Shown here: one piece after another, positions 43,861-56,719 of the stretch
Position numbering within the stretch: the stretch's first letter is position 1
How the letters are laid out: the number at the start of each line of letters is the position of its first letter
Source: Vicugna vicugna
Taxonomy: Eukaryota
Direction: 5' to 3'
Assembly (NCBI GenBank): GCA_013265495.1
Contig: MU058009.1
Coordinates: forward strand, 3,925,780 to 3,985,779
DNA length: 60,000 nucleotides
Made by a program: the position numbers and the translations under genes
Notes under the pieces: generated by a model
Databases searched by the model: none
What the model was told of the DNA's origin: nothing
The model's input: the letters and a program-made list of their open reading frames with translations, nothing else

Positions 43861-44209
43861 GGCTTTTCTGGTAGCCTTCCCTTACTGGTAAAGCTCGTAT
43901 CTCTCAGCATCTCCACCTGGTTTCTGGACAAGCTGTATCTGGAGCAAGGATTAGATCTGAGAGCTGGGCCTGGGCATGGTGGAGAGACAGGGCTGGCCAT
44001 GCACGGTGAAAGGGGTTAGGACGTGAACACAGCACCCGGGGAAAGACTGGGTGCAAAAGAACTAGAGATAGTCTGAAGGAAGAAACACGCTAAAGAGCAT
44101 TGCAGGATGCGATACCAACCTCAGATGCACACCCTGGTGCACCACAGAGAGCTTCCATTGTGCCCTTCATCACCCACGTCATCGCTGCCCTCACCACCGT
44201 CCTCAGCAT

Positions 44210-44460
44210 CGCCACCACTACCTAGCACGCTCGTCCCCGAGATCAAGTTTCCTTAAAATAGTTCGCATGCGTTAATTTACCTCACCTGCACAGCAACACA
44301 GTGGGAGACTGTTACGTGTACACGTGAGGGATCTGAGGCCCAGAGAGATTAGGCAACTGAACCCAGATCACTCAGCTGCTTAGTACTAGAGCCAGGATCC
44401 AAACCTAGGTGTTCCTACGGTGCTATAGTGCGTGGTTTAAACCACCTCGCTCTGCTGCTT
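44210..44460 (-). mobile_element. MIR SINE
   Basis: 'gtgagggatctgaggcccagagagattaggcaactgaacccagatcactcagctgcttagtactagagccaggatccaaacctagg'. Confidence 0.75.
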
Positions 44461-45019
44461 CCTGTTGGATATAAGACCTAAAATATCGCTTCTGTAACGT
44501 CTGAGTAAGGTGGGTGGATGTTCATTGTTGGTGGGTGTGAGGCGGCTGAAATCCCCTGAGACAGGCATTTGACACAGCCGTCATTCCATTCAACAAACGC
44601 CTTTCGCATTCTCCCTGCACACCCAGGCTTAGTCTCAACCCTACGGAACTCAGCAGCCGACGGGATCGGCCAAGCTCCCCGCCTCGCGGGACTTTCTAAC
44701 CTGCAGATTAAATGTACTGTGAGAAGAAGAGGAGACATGGGGGGATGGTGGGTACCTCTTCTTTGTCTTTTTTACCTAGACTTTTGGTATCTTTCAGGCT
44801 CAGATATGGAGCCATTTTACTGTTTTTAAGGCCCAGGTGACAGTGCAAAGTTTAATGCATAAGCCCCACCCTCACCATCCAAAATGGCAAGTGAACATCA
44901 CCAAGCACACGTGTGCATTGTGTGTGTGGTGGAGGCTATGGCATGTGCCATCCCAAGTGCTGCTGGGGATTGAATTTAAGCTCCCTGGTCTGAGCAATCA
45001 CAATACTCATAGTATGCAG

Positions 45020-45860
45020 AACTGACAAAAGACGTCTCTGGAATGTGCAAACAGCTCCTACAAACCGAAAATGCAGAGACAGACATCCCGCAGAAAAGGC
45101 CAAATGGTTTAAATAGGCACTTCACTAAATGATTAATAATTTGTCAGGGAACTTGACCTCACTAGTCCTTAGGGAAATTTAAATTAAAACCACAATCATG
45201 TCTCATTGTTTATCCATCAGAATGGCTAAAATTAAAAGACTGACAATTTCAAGTGCCAGTGAGGGTGTAGGGCAACTGGAACCCTCCTTCACTGCTGTTG
45301 GGAGTCTAAATGGGTGCAAGCCCTTTAGAAAATGGTTTAGAACTACCAGCTACAGATCTCGTGTCACTCCTCCCCGTAGAGATGTCCCAAGCACAGACAT
45401 ATACATGTGCCAGCAGATATTTTACAAAAATGTTCTTAGCTATAGTATTTGTTTTATCCTTAAACTGGAAGCAACTTGACTGTGAACAATCAAACGACTG
45501 TATGAACTGGGACGTATTCATCCAATGGAGGAGGATAAAACACTGAGACTGAACAGAGTTCATATAACCCGGATGAATGTGGAGCAAAAGAAGCCGTACG
45601 CTGAAGAATCCGTCACCAGTGATCCTGTAGATACAGAGGGTGAAAACAGACAGAACTAACCTGTGGATAAAGTCAGGGTAGTGACACCTTCCGAAAGCAG
45701 AGGCAGCCAGGAGTCAACAGAGGGGCTTCCGAATGAGGGTGATGTTCTGTTTCTTCAGTCGGTGGCAGTAAAACTGTTCTGCCCACTGGGGGAATGTTTA
45801 TCACGCTGTCCGCTCACAATCTGTTCATTTTTTCTTTCTGTATTTTTATTTCAGTAAAAA
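45020..45860 (+). mobile_element. Ancient L1ME-type fragment (ORF2 end plus 3'UTR)
   Basis: ORF 45198-45479 'HCLSIRMAKIKRLTISSASEGVGQLEPSFTAVGSLNG' aligns by eye with L1 ORF2p 'YHLTPIRMAKIKK...EDVEQLELSYTAGGSVNW'. Ends in an L1-like 3'UTR '...ttttatttcagtaaaaa'. Confidence 0.8.
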
Positions 45861-46424
45861 CCCTTCTCCCAAAGAGTCAGCACATTGACCACCTTGCGCT
45901 TCCTGGTTCTTCCTCTGTTTACCAAGGTTTCTCAGGGAATCCTAATTCTGGAAACGCGTTTGAAAGCTTCTGCAGGACAGAGCTCTTACTTTGCCACCTT
46001 TGTCAACCTCGCTTAAATCTTTCTGGACTGAAATAGTGAGTGAATTAAAATGATTGCTAAGGGGAGCCTCATTTTTATACCCCAGCATGCAGCGCAGTGC
46101 CTGGAAGTCTGGAAGCGGACAAGGAGGGCTTGCTGTGTGCAGGAGGGTGGATTCATGGTTCTAATTCACACTAACACGTCTTTTTAGTGTCTAGACTGGT
46201 GTGCAGTTCATCTGAGGCTGGGAATTCAAGATCAATTAAAATGGTTTTCCAAGGAACATGACCTCCCCTGTATGGTCCTCTCTGTTTTATGAGTGGCTGG
46301 ACCTTTATTGAATCTCCGCAGAAGTCAGCTACCCAATAAGGGATGATTGGCTTACTTTAAATATGTGAAAAATGGTTTTATTCCTCAGGGGCATTATTAA
46401 TTACTGGTTTACTAATTACTCTGG

Positions 46425-46427
<3 letters not shown>

Positions 46428-46461
<34 letters not shown>
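46428..46461. repeat. (TG)17 microsatellite
   Basis: Perfect TG dinucleotide run. Confidence 0.97.
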
Positions 46462-46465
<4 letters not shown>

Positions 46466-48099
46466 AAAGAAGTCTAGGCAGTTGTTTGAATGAATTCTTA
46501 TTTAAGTGAGTAATTAGCTGGATCAAAATAATTGACTAAATTAAGAAATTCTTTAATGGACATTATTTAGGTGTCAGTTTGATGTCACTGCCGGTGATGT
46601 GTGACAGGCTCATTGTGTGATTAGCATAACCCTGTCCCTCCCGAGGGGATTTAAAGCACAAGGGGAGTCCCTTGCGGGGCCGATGGAGAACCCCAGTATT
46701 TCCTACGAATAAGTTACGAAATATTTTGCATTTTGCCTTTGAATTTTACTGACAAATCTCAAAACAAAAAAGTCAGGCTACAAAAGAAAGGACCTCCATA
46801 TTAACATGAGAAACCTCTGCTGGGGAAGAAACAGGTATTGTCTGAGCTCTGCTGGCGTCTAGACTGGGGCAGGTGGGGGTCCCTTCCTAGGTGAACGCAG
46901 GTATCTCTGACGTTTCCCCATCTTCAACAGCCTTTGAAAAGATACTTCATCCGTCATTCCTTTTCTAACCCTCACCCCTCAATTAAGTAGTTAGTGGCTC
47001 TGTAAATTGGGTTTTTCTGACAGATTGTGCAAATCCTAAAACACTGTTCTCTCTATAACGTAGGTGATCACTAATGGGCTGTGAGTTGCTGCAGTAATTG
47101 TCCTTGCAATCTAAGAAATCAGCGTGGCCATTACAGAGTGAACCAACAGTGCATGAATGAGTTAATATTTAGAAGAGTCACATTCAGTTGGGTCCTTGCT
47201 GTTTCGAGATTGATATGGCTTCCCTAATGATGGAACAAATCACTCCCAAGTAAAGCCAATTCTTCTCCCACGTTTGCCCAGGATGGCCCTTCATCACTAG
47301 TCTGAAGGCCAGCCTAGAACAAGACCAGCTGAGGGTTTTTGCTTCGGCCCCAGCTCCCGGATGGAAAAAGTTACTGCGCACCCGAGGGCCCTGTATAGCG
47401 TTACATGACGCCCAGCGTCACTAAGGGCCCTGACGGAAGGCTGAGCAGAGGGAGGGGGAGTCAGCGGTCCACGTGGGAGGTGTGACTCCTGCTGGCAGCC
47501 ACCCTGACTCTGGAACACATGTTCTAACTGAGGGTGACCTGAACCGCCTGAGCTGGGAAGAGGTCGTGTGTAAGACCAGGTTTTATATTAAACAAAAATA
47601 AATTTTCTCCGACGCGAGTTTTCAGACAGGTTGTCCTAATATATTAACTTCTGTCTGTGTTTTGAATAGTCAATTTCACGGTGAAATGAGTTCTTAATAA
47701 TATATTTACCACCTGGGAGAAATCTCCCAGCCATCTGGAAAGGAGAGGGGATTTAGTGCCTCCGAACGGAGATTGGATTTTTTTTTTTTCTGAACAGTTA
47801 TTTATTTATTTTTACATCAGGTAGCGGGCAGGATAACCTGGTTCTGGCTGCAGTGGGCGGGGACAGGACTGCACCTGGCTGTGCGCATGCTCGGCGCCCA
47901 CCGGTCCAGGGAGGCGGGCGCTGCCACCTGCGCCGGGAGTCCAGCCACTGAGGATGTCGAAGATTCTGAAGGAGGAGTGTGTCTTGCACTGAGTCCTGGC
48001 GGGATGGACAGAAATAGTAGCATTTAGTGTCTGGACTTGTTTGTAGTCTGCATTCCTGTGGGGGCGGTGGAAAGTGAGCGGCCGGAGCAGTGGCTTTCT

Positions 48100-48260
48100 T
48101 CAAACTCTGCCTCTGTGATTTATTAGTTGTCTTACAAGTTAGTAACTCCGAGCTTCATTTTTTGCATATTTAAGACAGAAATAGGTGTGTCCACCTTTCT
48201 ACATGGTCATGGGGAAAGTGCTTAGTTCAGTGGCCAGATCAACAGTCAATAAGAAGGTGG
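48100..48260 (+). mobile_element. MIR SINE fragment
   Basis: 'caagttagtaactccgagcttcattttttgcatatttaag...aaagtgcttagttcagtggcc...tcaataa'. Confidence 0.5.
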
Positions 48261-48419
48261 TTCCTTTGAAAACATGGACACATGAAAGAAAGTTAAAAAT
48301 GCACGCACACACCCCAGTACGGGATGCACGCCCAGAAGGATCTAATAGAAGATGTCGAAACTGGATGGGTGAAAAAAGAGAGGCGTGCGTTTTAAAAAGA
48401 GTTTTCCAGAATTAAAAAA

Positions 48420-50620
48420 ACACATCCATTATTCATTCCTTCAGCCAGTGTCCACCGCACCCCTGCCACGCCCAGGCTGCTCCTAGGTGCTTTGTGTATG
48501 TCCATGAACAAAACGGGTGTTCCTGCCTTCTTTGAGTCTCGATTCTCAAGGTGGAGAGTGGACAGACAGTCAAGGGTAACACTGTAAGTCAGTCAACCAT
48601 GCTGTATGTTGCAAGGTGACCGAACACAGACAAGAACCAGAGAAGGGTTAAGGATTGGCGTTTCAGAGCCGGGGCAGGTTGCTTTTCTAACAGGGTGGTC
48701 AGGGCAGGCATTGCTTAGATGATGACACTGGAGCAAATATTTGAAGGAGATGAGGAAATGAGCCACGCGGACCTCAGGGGAGAGGACAGCCCGGGCGGGG
48801 AGCCAGCCGGAGCGGAAGCCCTGAGGAGCACGGGGGGCAGGTTCAGCCCGCAGGAAAGCAGTCAGTGTCTGAAGCGAAGGGATCCCAGGGAAACGGTGCG
48901 AGTGAAGGTAATAAAGACACAGGAAGCTGGAAAAGGAACGACTTGTAGGTCATTGTAAGGACGCCGGCTTTCACTCCAAGAGAAAATGGCAGCCTCCGCT
49001 GGGCTCTGCGCACAACTTCCCCTGGAGAAGAACCACGGCTCTTGGCTGAGCACTGACACAGATTAGGCTGGGCGTGGGCACACGTAGCTGAGGGGAGAAC
49101 GGTCAGGAGAAGCACTGCCGTAACCCACGGGAGAGAGCAGCAGCGCCGGCCCTGGGACGCGGTCAGCGTCGGGGTATACGTCCGTGGTAGAGAAGCAGGA
49201 TTTCCTGGTGGGTTGGACTTGGAGGGTGAGAGTGAAGAAGAGGCCTGTGTGGTGGCCTGCGTGGTGGCCAGGGGTCTGGCCTGGACAGCTGGCAAGAGGA
49301 ACTTGCCATCAGCAGAGACGGCTGCGTGTGGATCACGTGTGGGAGGTCCGGGCAGGAGCCCCGTCTTGAAGACACCGAGCTGAGTGTGTCTGTTACACAT
49401 AGGTGGGGATGCAGAGCCCACGACTGCATATTCATCTGTGCAGCTCAGACTCGAGCCAGACACGTAGAGCTGGATGTTGTTGGCATATGGATGTAACTTA
49501 AAGGCGTGAGTCCCAGTGAGATCCCCGAGGAAGTGAGTAGGACTGAGCCCGTGAGCGCTCCAATACTGAGGCACAGAGGAGCGGGCGAGGACGCAGAGGA
49601 GGCGGCTGTGATGGAACGAGAGGCACGTGGCTGCCCTGTGTCACGGACGGCGGAGGGACTCCGTGATGCTGCAGGGCGTTAGCTGAGGCCTGAGGCGTGA
49701 CCTTAGATTTGGAGGCAGGGAATCCAATGGCAGCCTTGGGAGCACGTGCAAGTGAGCGGTGGGAGCAAAAGCCTGACTGAAGACGAGTTAGGAGGGAAGA
49801 TGAGGAGGTCAGCAGGAAACAGACAGCTTTTTTTGAGGTGATTTTTTCCCTACGGGGGGAGCCAAGAAAAGACAGGAGACATAAGGTCAAATAAGAGGCT
49901 TAAGAAGAAATGAAACACACAACATGTTTGTATGTCGGCGAGAGTAATCCAGAAAGGAGGGGAAAAAAATGACCTGTAGGAGAGAGTGAGGTACGGATGA
50001 GTGATGTCTCTGAGTGCAGATGAGGGTTCCACATCCATGGATTCAACCCATGGCGTATCGAAGATATTCAGGGAAAAAATCCAGAAAGTTCCAGAAAGCA
50101 AAACTTGAATGACTATTTATGTAGCATTTACACTGTATTTGCAACTATTTACATAGCATTTACATTGTATTAGATACTATAAATATTCTAGAGAGGATTT
50201 AAAGTATATGGGAGGATGTGTGTAGGTTTTACACAAATGTCGCACCATTTTACAGAGAGACTTGAGCATCTTCAGATTCTGGTATCCGTGGGGCGTCCTG
50301 GAACTTATGTCTCTCGGATCCGGAGGGAGGGCTGTGCATTAGATGGAGCAGGGTCTGGTGCCCTTCAGAGGCTGCCGTGGGTACCGATGCAGGGCTGGTA
50401 GACCTAACAGCTGTCTTCTGGACAGTTTAATTTCCTCAGTGAATTCAGAAGTGAGGTCATGAGGCGAATCTGAGGATGGTGGAGGGGGTGTGAGAGGTGA
50501 AGAGGAGAGAACTTGTGGAACGATCGCCTTGGAGAGCTGGACGCTGAACTCGTGGGATGCTCAGGTTGTCCAGCAATACAAAGCCCTCTTGAGGCCTTTG
50601 ATGATTAACTTAATCTGAGA
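48420..50620 (-). mobile_element. Long L2 (L2a-like) LINE fragment, interrupted by a MER2-type element
   Basis: 3' tail 'attcattccttcagc...' at 48425. The minus ORF 48843-49574 contains 'LGDLTGTHAFKLHPYANNIQLYVS...MCNRHTQLGVFKTGLL', a decayed L2 RT segment (LGDLIQSHGFKYHLYADDSQIYIS...MSNRHLKLNMSKTELL). Confidence 0.8.
50020..50334 (-). mobile_element. MER2/MER2B (TcMar-Tigger non-autonomous DNA transposon)
   Basis: 'ggttccacatccatggattcaacc...aaatccagaaagttccagaaagcaaaacttgaat...tttaaagtatatgggaggatgtgtgtagg...gacttgagcatc...ggtatccgtggggcgtcctggaac...gagggagggctg'. Confidence 0.85.
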
Positions 50621-50924
50621 TTATTCAATATATGGTCAGTTGCATAAGTTAAGTACAAATTTTTGAGACTTTTGTAGGTCGTGAACGTTCTTGGCTCTGG
50701 AGATATAAAATGAGTAGGATACAGTCCCTCCCCTCAAAGACCTCACAGTCCTGCAGCAGGAGACACAGCAATACGAAACCAATTGTGATAGTTCTGTAAC
50801 CGAGTTATACTCATTGACTTGGGAATCACTGCCAAGTGCTGCTGCCAAGTATAGTGACAGAGCAAGGAAGTGGGGTGTTTTGCATCAAAATTCGAATGTG
50901 GTTCTCCATGAATACCTTCCTTTT

Positions 50925-51010
50925 ACTTAATAAACATTTATTAAGTGTCTAGCACTGTGCTAGGTGTTAACACTACAACGGCAAGTCGGGTGACTTCTGC
51001 ACTCAGATTG
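50925..51010 (-). mobile_element. L2 3' tail (appears to resume after MER5A)
   Basis: 'ttaataaacatttattaagtgtctagcactgtgctaggtgtt'. Confidence 0.65.
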
Positions 51011-51023
51011 TGCCAGCTAACGC

Positions 51024-51168
51024 CGTGATGTGCTACCTTAGCTGCTTGTTAAAATCTACTGGGTGTTTTTAAAAATCCAGATACCCAGACCATGCCCCGT
51101 ACTCATAAATCCAAACTTTTGAAGCTCCCCAGCACTTCCAACATGCAGTCAAGGAAGAGGACTGCCGG
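51024..51168. mobile_element. MER5A (hAT-Charlie) DNA transposon
   Basis: 'ttagctgcttgttaaaatctactgggtgtttttaaaaatccagatacccagaccatgcccc...aagctccccagcacttccaacatgcagtcaagg'. Confidence 0.7.
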
Positions 51169-52139
51169 TCTCACGGGAGAGACAGATAGGAGCGCAGAAA
51201 ATGGAAACACAGGTGTGAATAACGCTTTCAGGTAGGCAAGCACGAGGTGCTAGCATTCAGCACCTCAGGAGGACGAGCCACCGGGGCCGAGTAAAGAGTG
51301 AGTGAGAGTGAGTTTGGGAAGCAGACAAGGGAGGGGATCTAGTGAAGGAGCAGGGTGGCAAAGACCTCAGGGGTGAAGGAACGTACGGCCGTCAGAAGTC
51401 TGTGAGTGGTTCAGGAGGCTCAGAGAAGGGCCTCGAAGTTGGAGAAAAGTGGCAAGAGGCGCCACGCTGGAAGGGCCAGGCCCACGCTTGCTGCCGTGCT
51501 ACCGTGGCAGCCTCTTTCGGAGATGGCCAGGGAAGCCTGCTGACTGTACAGAGGTGGGGTAGTTCACTCTGCTGAGCAGGGGAGGGCAGCACCTTGAGAG
51601 AATTTCAGGAGGGCCAGCAGTAAGGAGCGGGCTCTTCGCAGGGCCCCCCGGCCGGGGCTGGCCACGCGGCGGCTTTCGGGCGGAAGTCAGTGAGCAGGGG
51701 CTGAGCAGGGCCGGGTGTGTTTTGCAGACGAGCTGGGCTGGTAGAGCAGCCTTGGTCTTCTCTCTGGAACAGAGTCGGTAACACGTTGCTGTTGCATCAG
51801 TTTGGTCTATTCTGTGATCTTCTTCTGGAACATAACGGTCTGAGGAAGCTGACGTGAAAACTCCTTGACCGTGCATTTCCTGACAGGATTTGGTAGAATT
51901 TATCCCTTTTGCCAGTTGTAGCGCAGTTTTGCAAGCTGTGGTTTCTTGTTTCATTTCTCAGGATTTACTGTGTTAAGAAAATACGGCGTGTAAGTAGGGC
52001 ACCGAGAGTCGGGGGCTGCCGTCAGGTAGTGTCCCCGAGTCTGCTGGCCCCTGGAGGCGGCGCCCCAAGGTGAACCCCGTTACCTGCTGGCGTGTTCCAC
52101 CTGAGGCACGCCATATATAGTGACACAGAAAACCATGCA

Positions 52140-54990
52140 CACGGTGTATGTGATGCATGCATGGAATACATATTAAGTTCATCTTAATTGCAGCGTAGCA
52201 TTCCGTTTTACAAACGTAACCCTGTTGCAGCTGTCTGCTGTTGCAAGACGATTGGGTTGTTCCCAATGATCACAGACAGTCTGCAATAAGCAGCCTTGTC
52301 CGTGGCTCCCTGAGTGTGTTTAAGAGAGAATAACTGGGTACAGAGTAAGTGCGCCTTCAGAACTTTCAGGTTTTGCCAAAGGGCTTGAGAAAATGGTTTG
52401 ACCAGTTTATAGTCTCACGGGGGTGCGTGCAAGTAGGCAGTCTGCTGAATGTGCAGTGACATCTTGTTGTTGTTTTAATTTGTATTTTCCTGATGACACG
52501 TGTTGTTGAGCATCTTTTAAAATGCTCGTTGACCGTTTGGTTTTCCTTTGACTGAACTGCCCATTTTACACATTGTTTTTTCTTTCTTTTACCACACTTG
52601 GATTCTAGTTCTTTTATCGTCATATGCGTTGCAACTGCGAATTTCTTTCCCTGTCTGTGACTTGTGTTACCACATTTCTTTTTTGGGGGGGAGGGGTGTC
52701 GAGGGGTAGAAAATAGTTTTTTGTTTTTGCTTTAATTAACTAAAATTATATTTTTCTTTGTGTGTGTGTGCATGTGTGTTTGCATAAAAAAATCATTTCC
52801 TACCAGAAGCACGTAAAAATACTGTCTCACATTTGTATTCTAAAAATGACAAAGCTTTGCTTTTCGTATTTCGCTGTTTCGTCTGTCCACAATTGTTTTT
52901 GTATATGGTTGAGAAAAGGGTCCAGCGGCATTTATTGATCTCCCAAGAACCTGCAATGTCATTTCTTTCCTAAATTCAATTTCCATATAATGTGGTCTGT
53001 TTAGAGCCTTGTATCCTGTTCCACGGATCCATTTGTCTATACTTAGACCCAAACCACAACGTCTTCATTACTGCGGCTCTAAAATACGTCTCGCTCTCTG
53101 GGAGAGTGAGCCCTCCCATCTTGCCTTTCAAATTCATCTTAGTTTTTCCTGACCCTTTGTTCGTCCTCCTAAAATTAACGCCTAGTACCATGCAAAACTC
53201 TTGGGATGTAGACCAGAGTTGTGTTAAATTAAATTTATAGAATAATTTGGTGTGAATTGACATATTTATGATGTTGGATTTTTCCACCCATGAACGTGCA
53301 GTGTGCTTGCATTTATTCAGGTCTCATTTTTTGGTTTTCAATAAAATACTATTGTTTTTGCTGTAAATCTCTAACTATGCTTTACACAGTCAGCCCCACT
53401 ATTTTGTTGCCGTTGTAAATAGTGCCTTTCCTGATTAACTTTTTATGCGTGTGCAGTTTGTATTTAAAAATTTAATTAATATTTCTGTATCAGTCTTATA
53501 TTCAGCCACTTTTCTAAACTTGCGTATTCATGCTAATGAATCTTTTGATTACCTGGATTTTCTACGCAGACGATCACATCACTAGAAGTGATTACACTGC
53601 GCTTCGCTGTTTTCCCCCCTGGTTCTCAGTTTTTTGTCGTCTCCGTGTTCTCCGTCTGACTTCCAGCTCACTGCTGAACCGAGGCGGTGAGAAGGGCCAT
53701 CCCTTCCTTGTTCCTGCCCCTAAAGTTACCGCTTCTGATGGTTTCACTATTAAACAAGATGTCTGTCATGAATTCCCCTTTCAAGTCCCTGTGTTTGCAG
53801 TTTTCTTTGCGTTCCTATTGTGAACGTGTCCCACTTTGCTGAAGAGCTGTTGCTGTTCTGTATTTGTTGGAGGAATAATAGGTTGTTGGGCTGTTGCTCT
53901 CCTTCGAAGCGACCGACCCTTCCAGAAGCTCCCCGAACAAATCGCCCAGCTGTAAACCCAGCGCCTGGCTCAAGAAGAACACACGAGGCAAAAATAAGCA
54001 GAGGCTGGGCGGGCTGCTCGTGTTCTAGCGTGGGAGTGGGGAGAGGTTCCTGAGCAAAACGGAGTGACGGCACCTCTAACTGGCCTTCTCCGGTGTTACC
54101 GTCTCTGGGTTTGGTCTCAAGACTGCTCCAGCTCAGCACCCAGTCCGGGGCCTGTTCCGTCTCTTCGCCCTCTCTGAAGCAGGATGTTTAACTCTTGGGT
54201 TATTTGCGTCTTGTAGTTTTGTTAGACTTCATCTGTAACCTGTTCTGTGCGTAATAGTGGTTGTAAGGCTTTTTTTAACTTCTGATAACGTTTTAATTTA
54301 GACATCACACATCTAATTTGATTTTCAACTTTTTCAGTCAATTCTTTGTCTGTGTTTGTTTTCAGATTTGCCAGTTAATGTTGTTCCTCTTAACTGAAAG
54401 AGTCTCCTGAATTCATTATCATGTACTGACTTGTCAGATTCCCAGCGTTGCAAGTTTGTGCCTTTTTTCTTCTTGTTTTTCTCAACCTATATTAACAGAG
54501 GCTCAAGAGTTTTGTTTGTCTTTTTAGAAAAGCACTTCTCAGCGTTCTCAATCCTCTAGGATTTTCATTTGTTTTCCGTTTCAGTAATTTCTTCCTTTTT
54601 TATTATTTTCTTTATTTTTAATATTCTTTGGGTTTACTCTGCTCTCTTCTAACTACATTAGTTACATGATTAGCTCGTTAGTTTTCAATTTTTTTTTATT
54701 TTTAATTCTCCTTTGAGTATCATACCGTCTTAGCTATATCCTGAACATTTTGTCATTTAGTATTTCATTATCATTTAGTTCTAAATATTCTTATTTGTAA
54801 ATTAAATTTACCTTATTTGATTCATGAGTTAAAAGTTTTATATACATATATTTGCAAATATATTTATAAAAGTTGGGACTTGCTCTGTGGTCTCGATAGC
54901 AATCTGCAGGAAATACTCCAGGTGTCCCTGGAAAGAGTGTGACTTCTTTAATCATTCTTTAGTTGGTTAGATACAGGATTCTACAAGCAT
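52140..54990 (-). mobile_element. Ancient L1M/L1ME fragment (about 2.8 kb of decayed ORF2 and 3' region)
   Basis: Minus ORFs 52366-52623 (NEHFKRCSTTRVIRKIQIKTTTRCH) and 52976-53287 (NIINMSIHTKLFYKFN...KMGGLTLPESETYFRAAVMKTLWF...QMDPWNRIQ) are decayed L1 ORF2p. T-rich antisense L1-like sequence continues to about 54990. Confidence 0.85.
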
Positions 54991-55289
54991 CCAGCCAGGC
55001 AAGGCAGGGTCTCTGGGGAGCCTGGGGACAAGTCAGGATCTAAGGCTGGGCCGAGGAGGCAGAAGCTACGGAGAGGGTTCAAGTCACTGGTTTAGGTCGA
55101 ACAGAAACCTGGTTATTTTGACGGGAGGGTAAAAAGAATGCTTTTCAAGGGATAAGGAGGGGCAAGGCGTGGGATCAGAGTTGGCGCAACAAAACTAGAC
55201 AGTTGGACCACACCTGTCTTGGACAAGGTCTAGAGACTCAATCCAGAGAGTCTGCCGTAAACCCAGTAAAGCAGGATCTTGATCTTTGA

Positions 55290-55515
55290 GTGGTGGTTAC
55301 GGATTCTGGTTCTGCGATCATCAAACCCACATCTTCCACTCGGTCGTGCGGACGATAGCCATCTTACCACGGTGCTCTAACCTTGGCTTTCTTTTCTGTA
55401 AAATAGGAATAATGGTCACGTTTATCATATTGCATTATTGCGAAAGTTAAATAATGAAGTGGTTAGTTCTGTCTCTGCAAGCTGGTGACTACTCAGTGAG
55501 CGAATATTAGCAACG
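55290..55515 (+). mobile_element. MIR SINE
   Basis: 'gagtggtggttacggattctgg...ctctaaccttggctttcttttctgtaaaataggaataatgg...actcagtgagcgaatattagc'. Confidence 0.65.
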
Positions 55516-56719
55516 GTTGCATATGACATTATTTTAGTTACATAATTTTGTAGTATGAAAACCTGTAATTGCTAACCATAATAATAGGCTGCAGGCAAAC
55601 CTGCAAGGAGGGCTCAGGGCGGAATGCCTCCTTTCCGGGCAGAGCCGGTGTGCAGGAGTCATGCGGTCCCTGCAGGAACGGAGGCGTCCCCTCTGCTTCC
55701 CGTGTCCTTGAAATCCAGCAGTGTTCTCTCTCCCTTCTCGCCACTGCTGTGCCATCACTCCAGACTAGACCAACCATCTCTTAGCCCAAGGATGTCCTCT
55801 CACCCTGACTCAGAGCCTGGCACTAGGAAAACACCTGAGATCAAAAGCCAACACTGGGGGTGAGGAGTCGTGTTAATGCTCTGTGATGGGGACGGTCCCA
55901 TTGCTTCAGAACCAGCCTCCACGTCCCCACCCGGGGCAAACACGTGCAGGCTTCTGCTGTAACTGTATTTCAGTCCGGTTGATGGGACTTTAAATCATGA
56001 ACAGTGCCTTCTGTTTGCACTGCCTTTTCGCTCAGCGGGAGATACTTCCCTGCTCTCAACGCTATTATTTTTACCTCTCAGGGAAGAGTTTTGCTGTCGC
56101 CTGTGTTACTCCAGCCTTTCACCAAAGGCAGCATGCTCAGTGTCCCGCCAGTGCTGGCTCCCCTGGGGAGGCTGCCGTGTACAGGGGACACGTGTGTCTA
56201 GACTGATAGTTCCATAAGCTGGGAAGGGTAGGCTAGACCTCACTTGTCAGCTTCCAGCTCGAAAGATACACCGTTTACATGTCTTATGTCTCGAGACAGG
56301 AGGTTGGATATATGGCCAGGCCCCTACCATCTGCAAGGCAATTGCTCACGTTAGGAAACCTGTGTGGTCACTGTTAATTCCAATTCATAGGCGTCTCCCA
56401 TATCAGAGCCGCAGGGATGCGATGGCTGAGGCTCCCTCTCACGGCGGGGTAGCCACCTAACGGAGTAAGAGTGCCCGAGCCGAACGCCGGGCTGACCGGC
56501 TCTCCGGGGGTCGAGACAGTTCTCCCAGCAGGAGAACCAGCCAACTCACCTGTAAATCGCCGAGTTGCCAGTCACACTGCGGTCTGTTCTGTCTGCGCTG
56601 TACTCACAGCTCCAGTCTGAACTTTGTCCGCAGTGAGCCTCAGGGTCAGTCCAGTGCCTTTGCTTGGGGTTGTATTTAACACGCTCTAAATGTGCTCAGA
56701 GAGGTGCCACCCGTCCCTT

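Noticed and set aside
48843..49574. 243-aa ORF with an RT-like 'YANN' motif as a novel reverse transcriptase
   Set aside because: Decayed L2 RT with the catalytic YADD lost; an ancient repeat relic.
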